Made by a program: the position numbers and the translations under genes | Part shown: piece after piece, positions 40,658 through 50,184 of the stretch | How positions within the stretch are numbered: the first letter of the stretch is position 1 | Layout of the letters: the number at the start of each line of letters is the position of its first letter | The notes under the pieces: generated by a model | Database searches by the model: none | Seen by the model: only the letters and a program-made list of their open reading frames with translations | What the model was told of the DNA's origin: nothing | Source: a virus | Lineage: Duplodnaviria; Caudoviricetes | Direction: 5' to 3' (one strand) | IMG/VR virus record: IMGVR_UViG_3300032167_000039 | DNA length: 64,000 nucleotides

Positions 40658-42567
40658 TGGCTAATTTAACTTTCCAATGGGAAGGAGATATTAATGTCGT
40701 TGGTGGAGAAGTAAAGAAGGACGGAGTACCGATTAGTGCGGGTTCTTCTAGTGTGACCATTGAAGACATTAAAGGCAATTATATTGACAATAGTAATTTT
40801 AGTGTTAATAGCAATGGACAGGCTGAATATACCACTGAACAGGGAACTAATTTATATACTGTAGATAGATGGTATATTGATGGAGGTACTCTCGTACCAA
40901 AGAGTAATGGAGTTCAGTTTACAAATAATAATGAAAATACTGGAACAAATTCTTTGATTAGATTGAGACAAGATATTCCATATCCTTTTAGTACTTTTGC
41001 AGGTAAAATACTTACTCTTTCTGCAAAGATTAATGGAGTGGTTTATACAGGGACAAGTGAGCAGCTCCCAGCAGAAAAGCCAACAGAAGGAACAAATGGT
41101 TCAAGTGCTATTCAATATATTCAAACAACGGGTATTGCTGAACATGCTATTTGTCTCAATTATTCAGTTACCGGAGATTATTTCGTTCCATATATTGCAT
41201 TGGCATATAGTCAGTCTGTAGAGATAGAATGGGTGAAATTGGAAATTGGCGATTCAGCTACACCTTATGTTGCTCCAGACCATGCTACTGAAAAAATAAA
41301 GGCGGAATTTATGTCAGATAATGGTAGTATTTCAATGCCATATACTAAAGAAGAAATTGATACGAAGATAGATGAAATTGAAGAACAAGTTGATGGAATT
41401 AATTCTACATCTTTAACAGTCAAAGTTAATGATAAAGATTTCTTAATGGAAACTCGTGAAATGACTCGTTCAGAACAAGCTCATATAGTAATGAATTATT
41501 CTTCTTATGATCCTATAATCGAAATGGAGAATTTTGTATTCATTAATGACATGTCAAGAATTACGGTAAAAGACAAGAAATCACTTGATAATACAATTGG
41601 GCAAATAACACCTGTTATTGGTGGTGCTATGTCAGTCCAAAATATCGCTTGCTTTGCAATAATTCCCTCTATGCAAGAACGCCAGGGAGGTCAAAAACTT
41701 GTTTTTAACTTGTATGTTGTAGACAGTAATACAAATTATTTATATGCTGGAGTACTTCGTTTACAGGATTGCATTATATCGGGAAATTGGAACGTAAATG
41801 TTGATCAGGTATTCCAATTCGTAAGTTCAACACCATATTGTTTAACACAATCTAAAAATAGAGTTTATTCCTTTATAGATGAAATGATTAGAATTTTTTC
41901 TGGTACAGATATCAGAAATTTTGAAATACAAGAATTTGAGACTTTTGATCATAATATAGATCAAATTAAATGCGATCCAAATGGAGAGGTATTTGTTCAT
42001 CTAACAAAAAAATACGACGTAGGAATGAGCGGATGGTGTCGTATAGAAGAACTTTCTGTGCCCGACCTTAATGAAATAAAATGGGATCCTGTAGGAATGT
42101 GTCAAAAAATAGATGATACAGAAGAGATAGAATTTATTGAATTGGAAGATATTTTTAGATGGAAAGATTATATAATAGGCACTAGCAATGGTGTTATTTA
42201 TTATTACCATATATCAGAACTTCGCTCATCTCATGTGACGGACTATGGATATAAATATATCTATGCACATAAGTTTGCAACAAACATGTTTTTATATAGC
42301 TCGAATATTTTTGTTTCTGATGATTATATCGTTGTAAATAATAGTAGTGGAACGGCAATTTATTCTGAATTTTTTGTTGAAAATCATGTTTATGCAAACC
42401 TCTCTAAACAAACAGTAAATAATAGTGCGGCAAAAAGAAATTCCGGTATCAGAGGTGTGATTGATACGGTTGATGGTTTATATATTATAGGAACTACGGG
42501 ACAGGTAAAAGTTTTACATAGAACGTATGAACTTGATTTACAATCAGCAATCAATTATTTGAGATAA
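40657..42567 (+). CDS. tail-associated protein with carbohydrate-binding-like N-domain
   Basis: YTVDRW..LRQDI..GKILTLSA..WVKLEIGDSATPY pattern seen in phage tail proteins; beta-rich C-terminal half. Confidence 0.65.
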   Translation: MANLTFQWEGDINVVGGEVKKDGVPISAGSSSVTIEDIKGNYIDNSNFSVNSNGQAEYTTEQGTNLYTVDRWYIDGGTLVPKSNGVQFTNNNENTGTNSLIRLRQDIPYPFSTFAGKILTLSAKINGVVYTGTSEQLPAEKPTEGTNGSSAIQYIQTTGIAEHAICLNYSVTGDYFVPYIALAYSQSVEIEWVKLEIGDSATPYVAPDHATEKIKAEFMSDNGSISMPYTKEEIDTKIDEIEEQVDGINSTSLTVKVNDKDFLMETREMTRSEQAHIVMNYSSYDPIIEMENFVFINDMSRITVKDKKSLDNTIGQITPVIGGAMSVQNIACFAIIPSMQERQGGQKLVFNLYVVDSNTNYLYAGVLRLQDCIISGNWNVNVDQVFQFVSSTPYCLTQSKNRVYSFIDEMIRIFSGTDIRNFEIQEFETFDHNIDQIKCDPNGEVFVHLTKKYDVGMSGWCRIEELSVPDLNEIKWDPVGMCQKIDDTEEIEFIELEDIFRWKDYIIGTSNGVIYYYHISELRSSHVTDYGYKYIYAHKFATNMFLYSSNIFVSDDYIVVNNSSGTAIYSEFFVENHVYANLSKQTVNNSAAKRNSGIRGVIDTVDGLYIIGTTGQVKVLHRTYELDLQSAINYLR

Positions 42568-42610
42568 AAATTATGGCGGCGAGTAATACTGCCCGCCGCC
42601 AAATTTAAAG

Positions 42611-43336
42611 GTGATGGAAATGATAAGAACGAAAAAAGAAAACTCTATTGAAGCAGCCTATTTTGCCAGACAAGGATTAGGGTTAGTACTAACAGACGAA
42701 GAAAAAATTAAATTAAAACAATTCTTAAATCAGATAGATGATCCCATTGAAGTCTATGTCATCCCAGATAATGGTGATGATAATAATGATGGTCTTTCTA
42801 ATAATAATGCTATGAAAACTTTATCCTCAGCATTTAAAAAATATCAAAATTATAACAAAATAACTTTTCATGTATTTGGACAGATTCACCCAAATATTCA
42901 AGATATTGGGGATATAGAATTAATTAATAAAGACATTGAAATTAAAAGCGGGGCAAGAGGACTTTATATTAAGGGGAAATTTAATTTAATTAATTCAAGA
43001 TTAATAATTGAAGGCCCTACCCCATTAGGGTATCAGTTGCAAATTGAATCAACTGTACCTGGAAATAGCATTTTTCATTTAGATAGAAATAGTATTTTAA
43101 AATTATATTGTATAGGAATAGATTGTTCTCAAAATGGTGCCATTCCAATTATGGCGCGCTCAAGTAAAATTTATGTCCGTTCTTCTACTATTACCACAAA
43201 GGAAGACCCAGATGCAGAGGGCGGCGGCCTTATAGTTGATGCAATTTGGGCTGAAGATCTTTGTGAGATAGCACTCCAAGAATCGTTAATAAACGGACCA
43301 ATAAACACAGACAATTCTTGTACAATTATAAAATAA
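42611..43336 (+). CDS. beta-helix-like tail-associated protein
   Basis: VYV...NGDDNNDGLS...KTLSSA start typical of pectin-lyase-fold proteins. Confidence 0.55.
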   Translation: MMEMIRTKKENSIEAAYFARQGLGLVLTDEEKIKLKQFLNQIDDPIEVYVIPDNGDDNNDGLSNNNAMKTLSSAFKKYQNYNKITFHVFGQIHPNIQDIGDIELINKDIEIKSGARGLYIKGKFNLINSRLIIEGPTPLGYQLQIESTVPGNSIFHLDRNSILKLYCIGIDCSQNGAIPIMARSSKIYVRSSTITTKEDPDAEGGGLIVDAIWAEDLCEIALQESLINGPINTDNSCTIIK

Positions 43337-43342
43337 TCAAAG

Positions 43343-43651
43343 GTGATGAAAATGAAAAAGAAAATTGAAACTTCAAAAATCTTCCTCTTTATCATAGCTC
43401 TTCTCAGTATTTTCATTACTGCTTTTTCAACTTGGTTCTGCTTTAAATATGAAACTTGTGAGCCTCTTTGCTATACCGTCCCAGCCATCTTTACAGAGCT
43501 TGGGGCGGCGACAGCAGGTTATTATTGGAAAAGTAAAAATGAAAATAGAATTAAGATGACATTAGGAGCAGTAAAAGAAATTTCGGAATATAATGAGCTT
43601 AGTGAAGAGCAAGTTAGAATTGTAGAGGCTCTTGTTAATACACTGGGGTGA
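43343..43651 (+). CDS. holin-like two-TM membrane protein
   Basis: ETSKIFL TM1, TM2, YYWKSKNENRIK. Confidence 0.6.
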   Translation: MMKMKKKIETSKIFLFIIALLSIFITAFSTWFCFKYETCEPLCYTVPAIFTELGAATAGYYWKSKNENRIKMTLGAVKEISEYNELSEEQVRIVEALVNTLG

Positions 43652-43656
43652 TGTAA

Positions 43657-43986
43657 ATGGCTTTTGAATTTAACTCAAATAATAGTTATCTTTTTAATAT
43701 TAATGAATTCACAGATGATAATAGAGTCCATTATAAAAAAATTCAAGCCGTTTTAAAAACCAATCCTGAAATTAATAGCTCTGTTATCATAAAAATTATT
43801 GCCCCTGCAATTCGTAGCACAGAAGAAGGAGAAATTCAACATAAATTTTTAAGAAGCTCTGACGAGAAATTCTTAAGTATGAAGGGAGATACTTCAATAT
43901 CTCCCTTACAAACAAACTTAATAACATTTGATAATTATGAATTAATTACGGAAGATTCCTATCTTTTAATGGTGAAGGAGGGATAA
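43657..43986 (+). CDS. hypothetical protein
   Basis: ORF with GGGGTG RBS in the tail operon. Confidence 0.6.
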   Translation: MAFEFNSNNSYLFNINEFTDDNRVHYKKIQAVLKTNPEINSSVIIKIIAPAIRSTEEGEIQHKFLRSSDEKFLSMKGDTSISPLQTNLITFDNYELITEDSYLLMVKEG

Positions 43987-43987
43987 T

Positions 43988-44482
43988 ATGGAAATAATAA
44001 GATATCAGCTAAATTATACTATCGATCAGCTTAATAATATTTTAAGCAAGGCTGATAATATGGAAAATTATGATGATACAGAATTAAGAGCAAATTTAAA
44101 TGAAATTAAAACAGAGTTAGAATCTTTAGAAGAAATTATTACTGGATTATCAGAGAATGTAAAAATAGAAAGTGATACTTCTAGTAGTTCTATTCTTGTT
44201 TATGATTATTTGCCCGATAATAATAAAGAAATTAGAATAAATACAGCAATTGAAAAAATCAGTTTTTCAACTTTGACAGAACAGTCAGGAGAAATTTCTG
44301 ATGATTATTGGGTTTTAATTATTTTTCCTAAATCAGAAAATGTTTCTTCTTTAGAAGATTTAATTGGAAATCCAGAAATAAAGATTTTAAGCCCTGATAT
44401 TGATATTTCCTCATATGAGAGAATACACTTATTATTCACTTATGATGGAGATAATATTTGTTGTGTGGCGGCCGGCTACTGA
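43988..44482 (+). CDS. hypothetical tail-associated protein
   Basis: NYDDTELR coiled-coil motif common in fibre proteins. Confidence 0.6.
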   Translation: MEIIRYQLNYTIDQLNNILSKADNMENYDDTELRANLNEIKTELESLEEIITGLSENVKIESDTSSSSILVYDYLPDNNKEIRINTAIEKISFSTLTEQSGEISDDYWVLIIFPKSENVSSLEDLIGNPEIKILSPDIDISSYERIHLLFTYDGDNICCVAAGY

Positions 44483-44492
44483 GGTGGATAAA

Positions 44493-44735
44493 ATGAATGA
44501 CTATCAAAAGAAAATTTTATTTTACATGTTAATACCTCAAGTAAAATCAATAGACTATATTTATGAGATTGAGAATGATTTTGCCGCGGCGCGATTTTAT
44601 TTAAAAGATAAAGCTTTTGTTAAAATACCTGAATCTTTTGAAGACAAAGAAGTTAATTTAATTGAGGCAACTTGTTTTAATGGAAAGTCTTTAACGGAAG
44701 TAATAATACCAGATACAGTGAGCGAGGTGGAATAA
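44493..44735 (+). CDS. short BspA-type LRR protein
   Basis: IEATCFNGKSLTEVIIPDTVSEVE; ATG after GAGGTGG. Confidence 0.6.
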   Translation: MNDYQKKILFYMLIPQVKSIDYIYEIENDFAAARFYLKDKAFVKIPESFEDKEVNLIEATCFNGKSLTEVIIPDTVSEVE

Positions 44736-44736
44736 T

Positions 44737-45714
44737 ATGGCACAATCTTCTTTGGTAGTGGGAAATAGTTATGAAGATAGAAACATAAAAGGTACCGGTA
44801 TAGAAACAGATCCATGGATCATTGGAGAGCTAGAAGAAACAGAAACAGAAATGTTTAAAAATCTTCTTGATGCAGTATATACTAGTAACGCATACGTTAA
44901 ACTAATTAAAGATATAGATTGCAGTAAAAGTGAAGAATATAGAGGAGGAATTGACTACAGTCTATACTTCAAATGTGCTAAATTTTATTCAGAAAAAAAT
45001 GGCGATGAAAAACCGGCCATAAAAAATTTAATAATAAAAAATCAATACGCTCTTGAAACATATGGAGCACAGGTTTTAAATATAAAATTCTTGAATATTT
45101 ATCATGTTGGTAGTAATACTTTGACTTCTGAATTTATTCATAGAAACAGTGGAAATCCTGAATTTCAATATTGTGATTTTTCAGGTCTAACTAATGCACA
45201 AAAAAAGAATTCTGTTTTTAATTCTGCTCATGTTAAATTTGCTTTTTGTGCAATTAATTATATAATTAAAAATTATGAGAATATAAGCGATCTAACAATT
45301 TTTAATGGACAGCAAAATGAGCCTTTTAATATGTGTCAAATTCATTACGATGGACCAATTTATTCTTACCCTTATGAAACGGGTGCGAGCAGTATTTTTA
45401 TAACTTATGCGAAAAAAACTGCAATAACAGGTATTTTAAAAATTCAGCCGGAAGCAGAAATTTTTACATGCATTTTTAAAGAATGTGATGGATGTTATTT
45501 TTCTGGAATGATTCAGAGTGAAGATCAAGAAAATAAACATATCATATATAAATCAGTATCTCAAAGTAGTTTTCAAGATAATCTAATCTGTACTGAGCTT
45601 CCTGAAGATGAGTCCATAACAATGACTACAGTTTCAAATAATATAATTACCACAATCACTCCTGAAAACCTTAAATCTAAAGAATATCTTTATAATATTG
45701 GTTTTCTTCCTTAA
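44737..45714 (+). CDS. hypothetical beta-helix-like (GLUG-type) protein
   Basis: GTGIETDPWII..L..DIDC..IKNL pattern; C-terminal LKSKEYLYNIGF. Confidence 0.55.
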   Translation: MAQSSLVVGNSYEDRNIKGTGIETDPWIIGELEETETEMFKNLLDAVYTSNAYVKLIKDIDCSKSEEYRGGIDYSLYFKCAKFYSEKNGDEKPAIKNLIIKNQYALETYGAQVLNIKFLNIYHVGSNTLTSEFIHRNSGNPEFQYCDFSGLTNAQKKNSVFNSAHVKFAFCAINYIIKNYENISDLTIFNGQQNEPFNMCQIHYDGPIYSYPYETGASSIFITYAKKTAITGILKIQPEAEIFTCIFKECDGCYFSGMIQSEDQENKHIIYKSVSQSSFQDNLICTELPEDESITMTTVSNNIITTITPENLKSKEYLYNIGFLP

Positions 45715-45727
45715 AGAGGTGTAATTC

Positions 45728-46237
45728 ATGGCTTGGACAGACACATATTGGGAACAAGATAATGATAAAAACAATGGCTTTCCAATTCCAATTGAACTTA
45801 TTTTACCAGAAGATTTTACTTTTGATTCAATCTATACCCCTTGGATTACGAATGGAGAAGAAAATCCCTATATTATATCCTCTATTTCTGACTTCACTTT
45901 TGATTCAATCTATACCCCTTGGATTACGAATGGAGAAGAAAATCCCTATATTATATCCTCTATTTCTGACTTCACTTTTGATTTAATTTATACTCCTTGG
46001 AGTTTCGATAGCACAGAAGAGTTTAATTCTGGCTATCCTTATATGCAAAAATATCCATACTTAGGTGCTTTTGCTAATTGTAGAAATCTTAAAGAGATAG
46101 TTATACCAAAAACAGTAAAGAAATTAGGGCAACATACCTTTAGAGGAACCTCTCTAACCCAAGTAACAATTGCATCTGATTGTGAATATGGGCCAGAAAC
46201 ATTTCCTCCGAATTGTATAATTAAATTTTATGATTGA
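45728..46237 (+). CDS. BspA-type LRR protein with internal tandem repeat
   Basis: GAFANCRNLKEIVIPKTVKKLGQHTFRGTSLTQVTI. Confidence 0.7.
   Translation: MAWTDTYWEQDNDKNNGFPIPIELILPEDFTFDSIYTPWITNGEENPYIISSISDFTFDSIYTPWITNGEENPYIISSISDFTFDLIYTPWSFDSTEEFNSGYPYMQKYPYLGAFANCRNLKEIVIPKTVKKLGQHTFRGTSLTQVTIASDCEYGPETFPPNCIIKFYD
45812..46000 (+). repeat. 78-bp in-frame tandem repeat (~2.4 copies)
   Basis: Units start at 45812, 45890 and 45968 and encode DFTFDSIYTPWITNGEENPYIISSIS. Confidence 0.95.
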
Positions 46238-46247
46238 GGTGAGATAA

Positions 46248-48269
46248 ATGGCAGAACAAGAAAATTACTTAAATATAGAAGCCACAGCGGCGCAAATTAA
46301 AAAAGGAATTGAAGAAGTTGTTAATGTTTTAACAGATAATGTTAGAGACAATAATAATAAATTTTTATCATTAGAATTAGATGAGAACGGCCTTCCTGAT
46401 GATCCAACAGATGATGAACTTTTAAATAGAGTGAAATTAGTTTTAAAAACAATTGAGGGGTCTGAACAAAAAACAATTGATGCAGAATGGAATGAAATAC
46501 TTGTTGGAGATGGTCAGGGATGGGCAGCAGGAACAGATTGGTATTCAGAAGAAAGAGAATTATTTGGAAATAATTTAATTGATAATGCAGGAATTCTATA
46601 TTCTCATGTTTTTGGCACTAAAGACACGGATAAAGAAGGCGCAATAACTATTTCCAATTCTTTACAACATCTTGGTTCATATAATGATGGAAGCTATATT
46701 TCTTTTTATGACGCAAATGTCCTTCAATTAGGAGAAAAATCACATATTATTGCAAGAAAAGGCTCCGATATTATGTTTGGTAGAATAAATACTGGAACGA
46801 ATGAAAGCACAAGAATTCATGTCTTCGACGGAGCAAAAATAGACATAGATGGCGGCTTAAAAAGAGGAGGAAATGGTGCACCGGAAGTTTTTTTACATGG
46901 AGATGTAAAAATTCACATAGATGATGGAGCAGATTCAAATGAGAAATACACTGGTGTAAACGGCGTAATGGGTGATGTAAATGGAAGTATATTACACATG
47001 CACGATAAATCTTTTTTATCTATGAATAAAGGCAGTTCTATTATCGCTTCGAACATGGCACAGGCAAATTTTTATTCAGGTTTTTTTGCCATGCAAAGTG
47101 AAGATTTATCTGACTTATCTGACTTTAGTCGCCAGCCAACTTTTGTAATGAATGATGGCTCAGCATTTTATTTAAATGGCGGCCCTAGGGCAGGGCAACA
47201 TCTATATCATCCTTTTTTTGAATTAAATGGCGGTTCAACAATTATATTTAATGCTTCTGATATCGATGACGAAGGCGGCGGAACTGAATATGATCCTCTT
47301 TTATTAGCAGATCCAACTGGATTTACTTTTATTGGACAGGGAAGCGAGGGAGCAAAAGCTGGAAGTACTCCGGCAGATAAATCCCCCGAGTTACCTTATG
47401 ATAATACTAAACCTTTTGGTAGCAAAAGTTTTTTAGTACCTTCAAATAAAAATCCTCGAATAAAAATTTCTGATGAAACAATGATTATGATTGATGCGGC
47501 GCAAGGCGGCGGGGCAAACTGGATTAAAATTGGAGCAGACAACGATGGTTTAATAGAAGTATCCCTTACTGGAAATATTTTCCAACAAATGGAACATAAT
47601 GCCCACTCTGAAATGCACCATAATAGTAAATTCATTATGAGAGGATTAAGTAGTGAGCATCCCTGGGAAGAAGATGGTATTTGGATACCTAGTACAGATT
47701 CAACCCATTTAAATCAAGATTGGACACGTCCCATTCATCCCATTGAACAAGACTCTCCTGTTTTGGGAATGTATGATGTATCACAGTTCATTATGAGAGG
47801 AGTATGGAATAACACTGAGCCAAATTGGAAACTGGGAAGTCTTGAGATAGATACAGATAGAACAACTGCGCCAACTTCTTTTTCTGAATTAACTATTGAT
47901 GAAAAAGACCAAATTTGTAAAAGTCTAAATGCTGTAGAGATACAAGAATCGGAAAATGATGATAATAAAACAACATTTTCTGTAAGTTCTGGAAAATTAT
48001 GGATTACTAACATAGAATATCATACAAAGCCTCTTAATTGGCAAGAACACCTTAATAAAATTGAAGACCAGCCTGTTGTTGAAATTATTGAAAATGCTGA
48101 TGTTCGTATCTATGGTAATTCAGAATTAAAGCTTACTAACTATAGTATTATAGCTGATTCAAACGGCTTTACTTTTAAAGACAATTCTTCTAATGCAGAG
48201 GGTATAACCTTTTCTATGGAAGATTTAAATAAATTAAAACAACTACTCGAAAATTCGACTATTAGCTAA
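46248..48269 (+). CDS. large beta-rich tail-associated protein
   Basis: 673 aa with repeated xHxxxxxxM beta-strand motifs; in the tail operon. Confidence 0.6.
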   Translation: MAEQENYLNIEATAAQIKKGIEEVVNVLTDNVRDNNNKFLSLELDENGLPDDPTDDELLNRVKLVLKTIEGSEQKTIDAEWNEILVGDGQGWAAGTDWYSEERELFGNNLIDNAGILYSHVFGTKDTDKEGAITISNSLQHLGSYNDGSYISFYDANVLQLGEKSHIIARKGSDIMFGRINTGTNESTRIHVFDGAKIDIDGGLKRGGNGAPEVFLHGDVKIHIDDGADSNEKYTGVNGVMGDVNGSILHMHDKSFLSMNKGSSIIASNMAQANFYSGFFAMQSEDLSDLSDFSRQPTFVMNDGSAFYLNGGPRAGQHLYHPFFELNGGSTIIFNASDIDDEGGGTEYDPLLLADPTGFTFIGQGSEGAKAGSTPADKSPELPYDNTKPFGSKSFLVPSNKNPRIKISDETMIMIDAAQGGGANWIKIGADNDGLIEVSLTGNIFQQMEHNAHSEMHHNSKFIMRGLSSEHPWEEDGIWIPSTDSTHLNQDWTRPIHPIEQDSPVLGMYDVSQFIMRGVWNNTEPNWKLGSLEIDTDRTTAPTSFSELTIDEKDQICKSLNAVEIQESENDDNKTTFSVSSGKLWITNIEYHTKPLNWQEHLNKIEDQPVVEIIENADVRIYGNSELKLTNYSIIADSNGFTFKDNSSNAEGITFSMEDLNKLKQLLENSTIS

Positions 48270-48293
48270 TATCTACGGAAGGAGGAATTAAAT

Positions 48294-48458
48294 ATGCAGA
48301 ATTTTTATGGCGGCAGTGATGGAGGAAATTTCTATCCTGTTCACAATCAATATGGTGTAAATATCGGATATACAGATGGATGTCCACTGACTTTTTCTTT
48401 TAAAAAGGAGGATGATGCTGTTAATAAAATTCAGCATATTCCTTCTAACAAAGAGTAA
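48294..48458 (+). CDS. small hypothetical protein (54 aa)
   Basis: MQNFYGGSDGGNFYPVHNQYG... after AGGAGG. Confidence 0.55.
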   Translation: MQNFYGGSDGGNFYPVHNQYGVNIGYTDGCPLTFSFKKEDDAVNKIQHIPSNKE

Positions 48459-48461
48459 AAT

Positions 48462-48491
48462 ATTAAAGAATTTTGATTGAAAAATTACTTA
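48462..48491 (+). promoter_or_regulatory. putative phage-specific (late) promoter upstream of the endolysin
   Basis: ATTAAAG-N17-TACTTA; one of seven copies with identical spacing. Confidence 0.65.
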
Positions 48492-48547
48492 TAAATGGGG
48501 AGAGAATATCTCTCCCTATTATTTCTATTAGAGAATGAGGTGATAAA

Positions 48548-49801
48548 ATGGCAATTTTAAAACCAACTAAAGTTTATAATTGGAACGGATTAAAAGTAAA
48601 TGAATTTCTTTTAACAGTTAATAATCCAAATAAGATTGATATGCCAACAGTGGCAATGCCTAAACCGATTGGCGTTACAGTTCACAATACTGGAGCAATT
48701 AGTGTTTCTTCAAGTACAACAATGGCGGAGCAGTATACAAGAGCTACTCTTAATGGTAATATGAATACTGTAAGAGTTCATTTCTATGTTGATGATACTT
48801 GTGCTTGGCAGAATTTGCCTTTAACATTAAGCGGTTGGCACGCTGCTGACGGTTCTGGCAATGGTAATAGAAAAACAATTTCTATTGAAGTTATTGGTAA
48901 TTCTAAGAAAGCAGAGGAAAATGCCGCCAAGTTAGTAGCATATTTGCTTGATAAGTATGATTGGAATGTAGAAGAAAACCTTTATACTCATACTCACTGG
49001 CTTAATGTAAGAGATGGCAAGAGAGGTACTGTTGCAGAATTGAATGTAATGAAAAATTCTTATAAGATGTGCCCTATTTATATTTTGCCGCACTGGAATG
49101 ATTTTAAGAAATTAGTTCAGAGTAAGCAGAAGAAAGAAGTAGTAACAGTACTTTATAGAGTTCGTAAGACTTGGGATGATGCTAAGTCTCAAATTGGTGC
49201 TTATAGTAGTCTTGAAAATGCAAAGAAGGCTTGTAAGGAAGGTTATAGCGTATTTGATGAGAATGGTAAAGCCGTTTATACAGTAGAGGCTAAACCTACA
49301 TCAACCCCAGAGGCAACTCCAACAGTGAAGCCAGTTGAAACTCCCGCCGCCAAACCTGTTGAGGATAAAATTAATGTTAAGTATCGTGCTTATGCCGGCG
49401 GAAAATGGTGGGGAGAAATTGAGAATTATAATACTACTAATTCTAATGGTTATGCTGGCGTTGAAGGTAAATCAATTAAAGGACTTGCTATTAAACCTGA
49501 AAAAGGAACTATTAGATACCGTGTTCATATTAGAGGCGGCAGCTGGCTTGGTTGGATAACCAGTTATGATATCAATAACTGGAGAACAGGATGTGCTGGC
49601 AATAAGATAAGAGATATTGACGCAATACAGATGGATTTTAGCGGAGTAGAAGGTTATGAGATTAGATATCGAGTTTCTACCACTAATTCTAAAGATTACT
49701 TGAATTGGATCGAAGGATTTAATACTAAGAATTCTAATGGATATGCAGGTATTATTGGCCGCTCAATTGATAAGATTCAAGTTGAGATCATTAAGAAATA
49801 A
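48548..49801 (+). CDS. endolysin: Amidase_2 N-acetylmuramoyl-L-alanine amidase with C-terminal cell-wall-binding repeats
   Basis: VTVHNT, VHFYVDD, WHAADG, SIEV, THTHW, KMCP; YRVRKTW..QIGAY module; ChW-like YRVH..W repeats. Confidence 0.9.
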   Translation: MAILKPTKVYNWNGLKVNEFLLTVNNPNKIDMPTVAMPKPIGVTVHNTGAISVSSSTTMAEQYTRATLNGNMNTVRVHFYVDDTCAWQNLPLTLSGWHAADGSGNGNRKTISIEVIGNSKKAEENAAKLVAYLLDKYDWNVEENLYTHTHWLNVRDGKRGTVAELNVMKNSYKMCPIYILPHWNDFKKLVQSKQKKEVVTVLYRVRKTWDDAKSQIGAYSSLENAKKACKEGYSVFDENGKAVYTVEAKPTSTPEATPTVKPVETPAAKPVEDKINVKYRAYAGGKWWGEIENYNTTNSNGYAGVEGKSIKGLAIKPEKGTIRYRVHIRGGSWLGWITSYDINNWRTGCAGNKIRDIDAIQMDFSGVEGYEIRYRVSTTNSKDYLNWIEGFNTKNSNGYAGIIGRSIDKIQVEIIKK

Positions 49802-49863
49802 ATATTGCCGCCTCATCATTAAAAATCTTGATGTGGCGGCACGATATAAAGGAGGTAGATTAC

Positions 49864-50166
49864 ATGTTCGAAGCATTTATTAGTATGTCCACTGGCAATG
49901 TACTCGGAGCAATCGGAATCCTCGCAGCTATTGTCAGTATAATTACTGAACTTTTTAAGAAAATCGTCCCCGAATCTTTCCCAACAAAAGCTTTAGTAAT
50001 GATTATTTCTTTAGTTATTACTCTTGGCTTTGTATTGCTTTTCTGTACGATTAGTGTTAAAATGATTTTGCTTGGAATTGTTGGAAGTTTTGTTGTAGCT
50101 TTTATTTCAATGTATGGTTGGGATACTTTTAAGGAGATTATTGCAAGATTTAAATATCCACTTTAA
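49864..50166 (+). CDS. holin
   Basis: Three hydrophobic segments, ITELFKK and MYGWD motifs; follows the endolysin. Confidence 0.7.
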   Translation: MFEAFISMSTGNVLGAIGILAAIVSIITELFKKIVPESFPTKALVMIISLVITLGFVLLFCTISVKMILLGIVGSFVVAFISMYGWDTFKEIIARFKYPL

Positions 50167-50184
50167 TAAAAGCGAGGTGAGATA

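Noticed and set aside
46242-46271. Eighth copy of the phage-type promoter (TACTTA at 46266)
   Set aside because: No matching upstream box at 17-nt spacing, and it lies inside a CDS.
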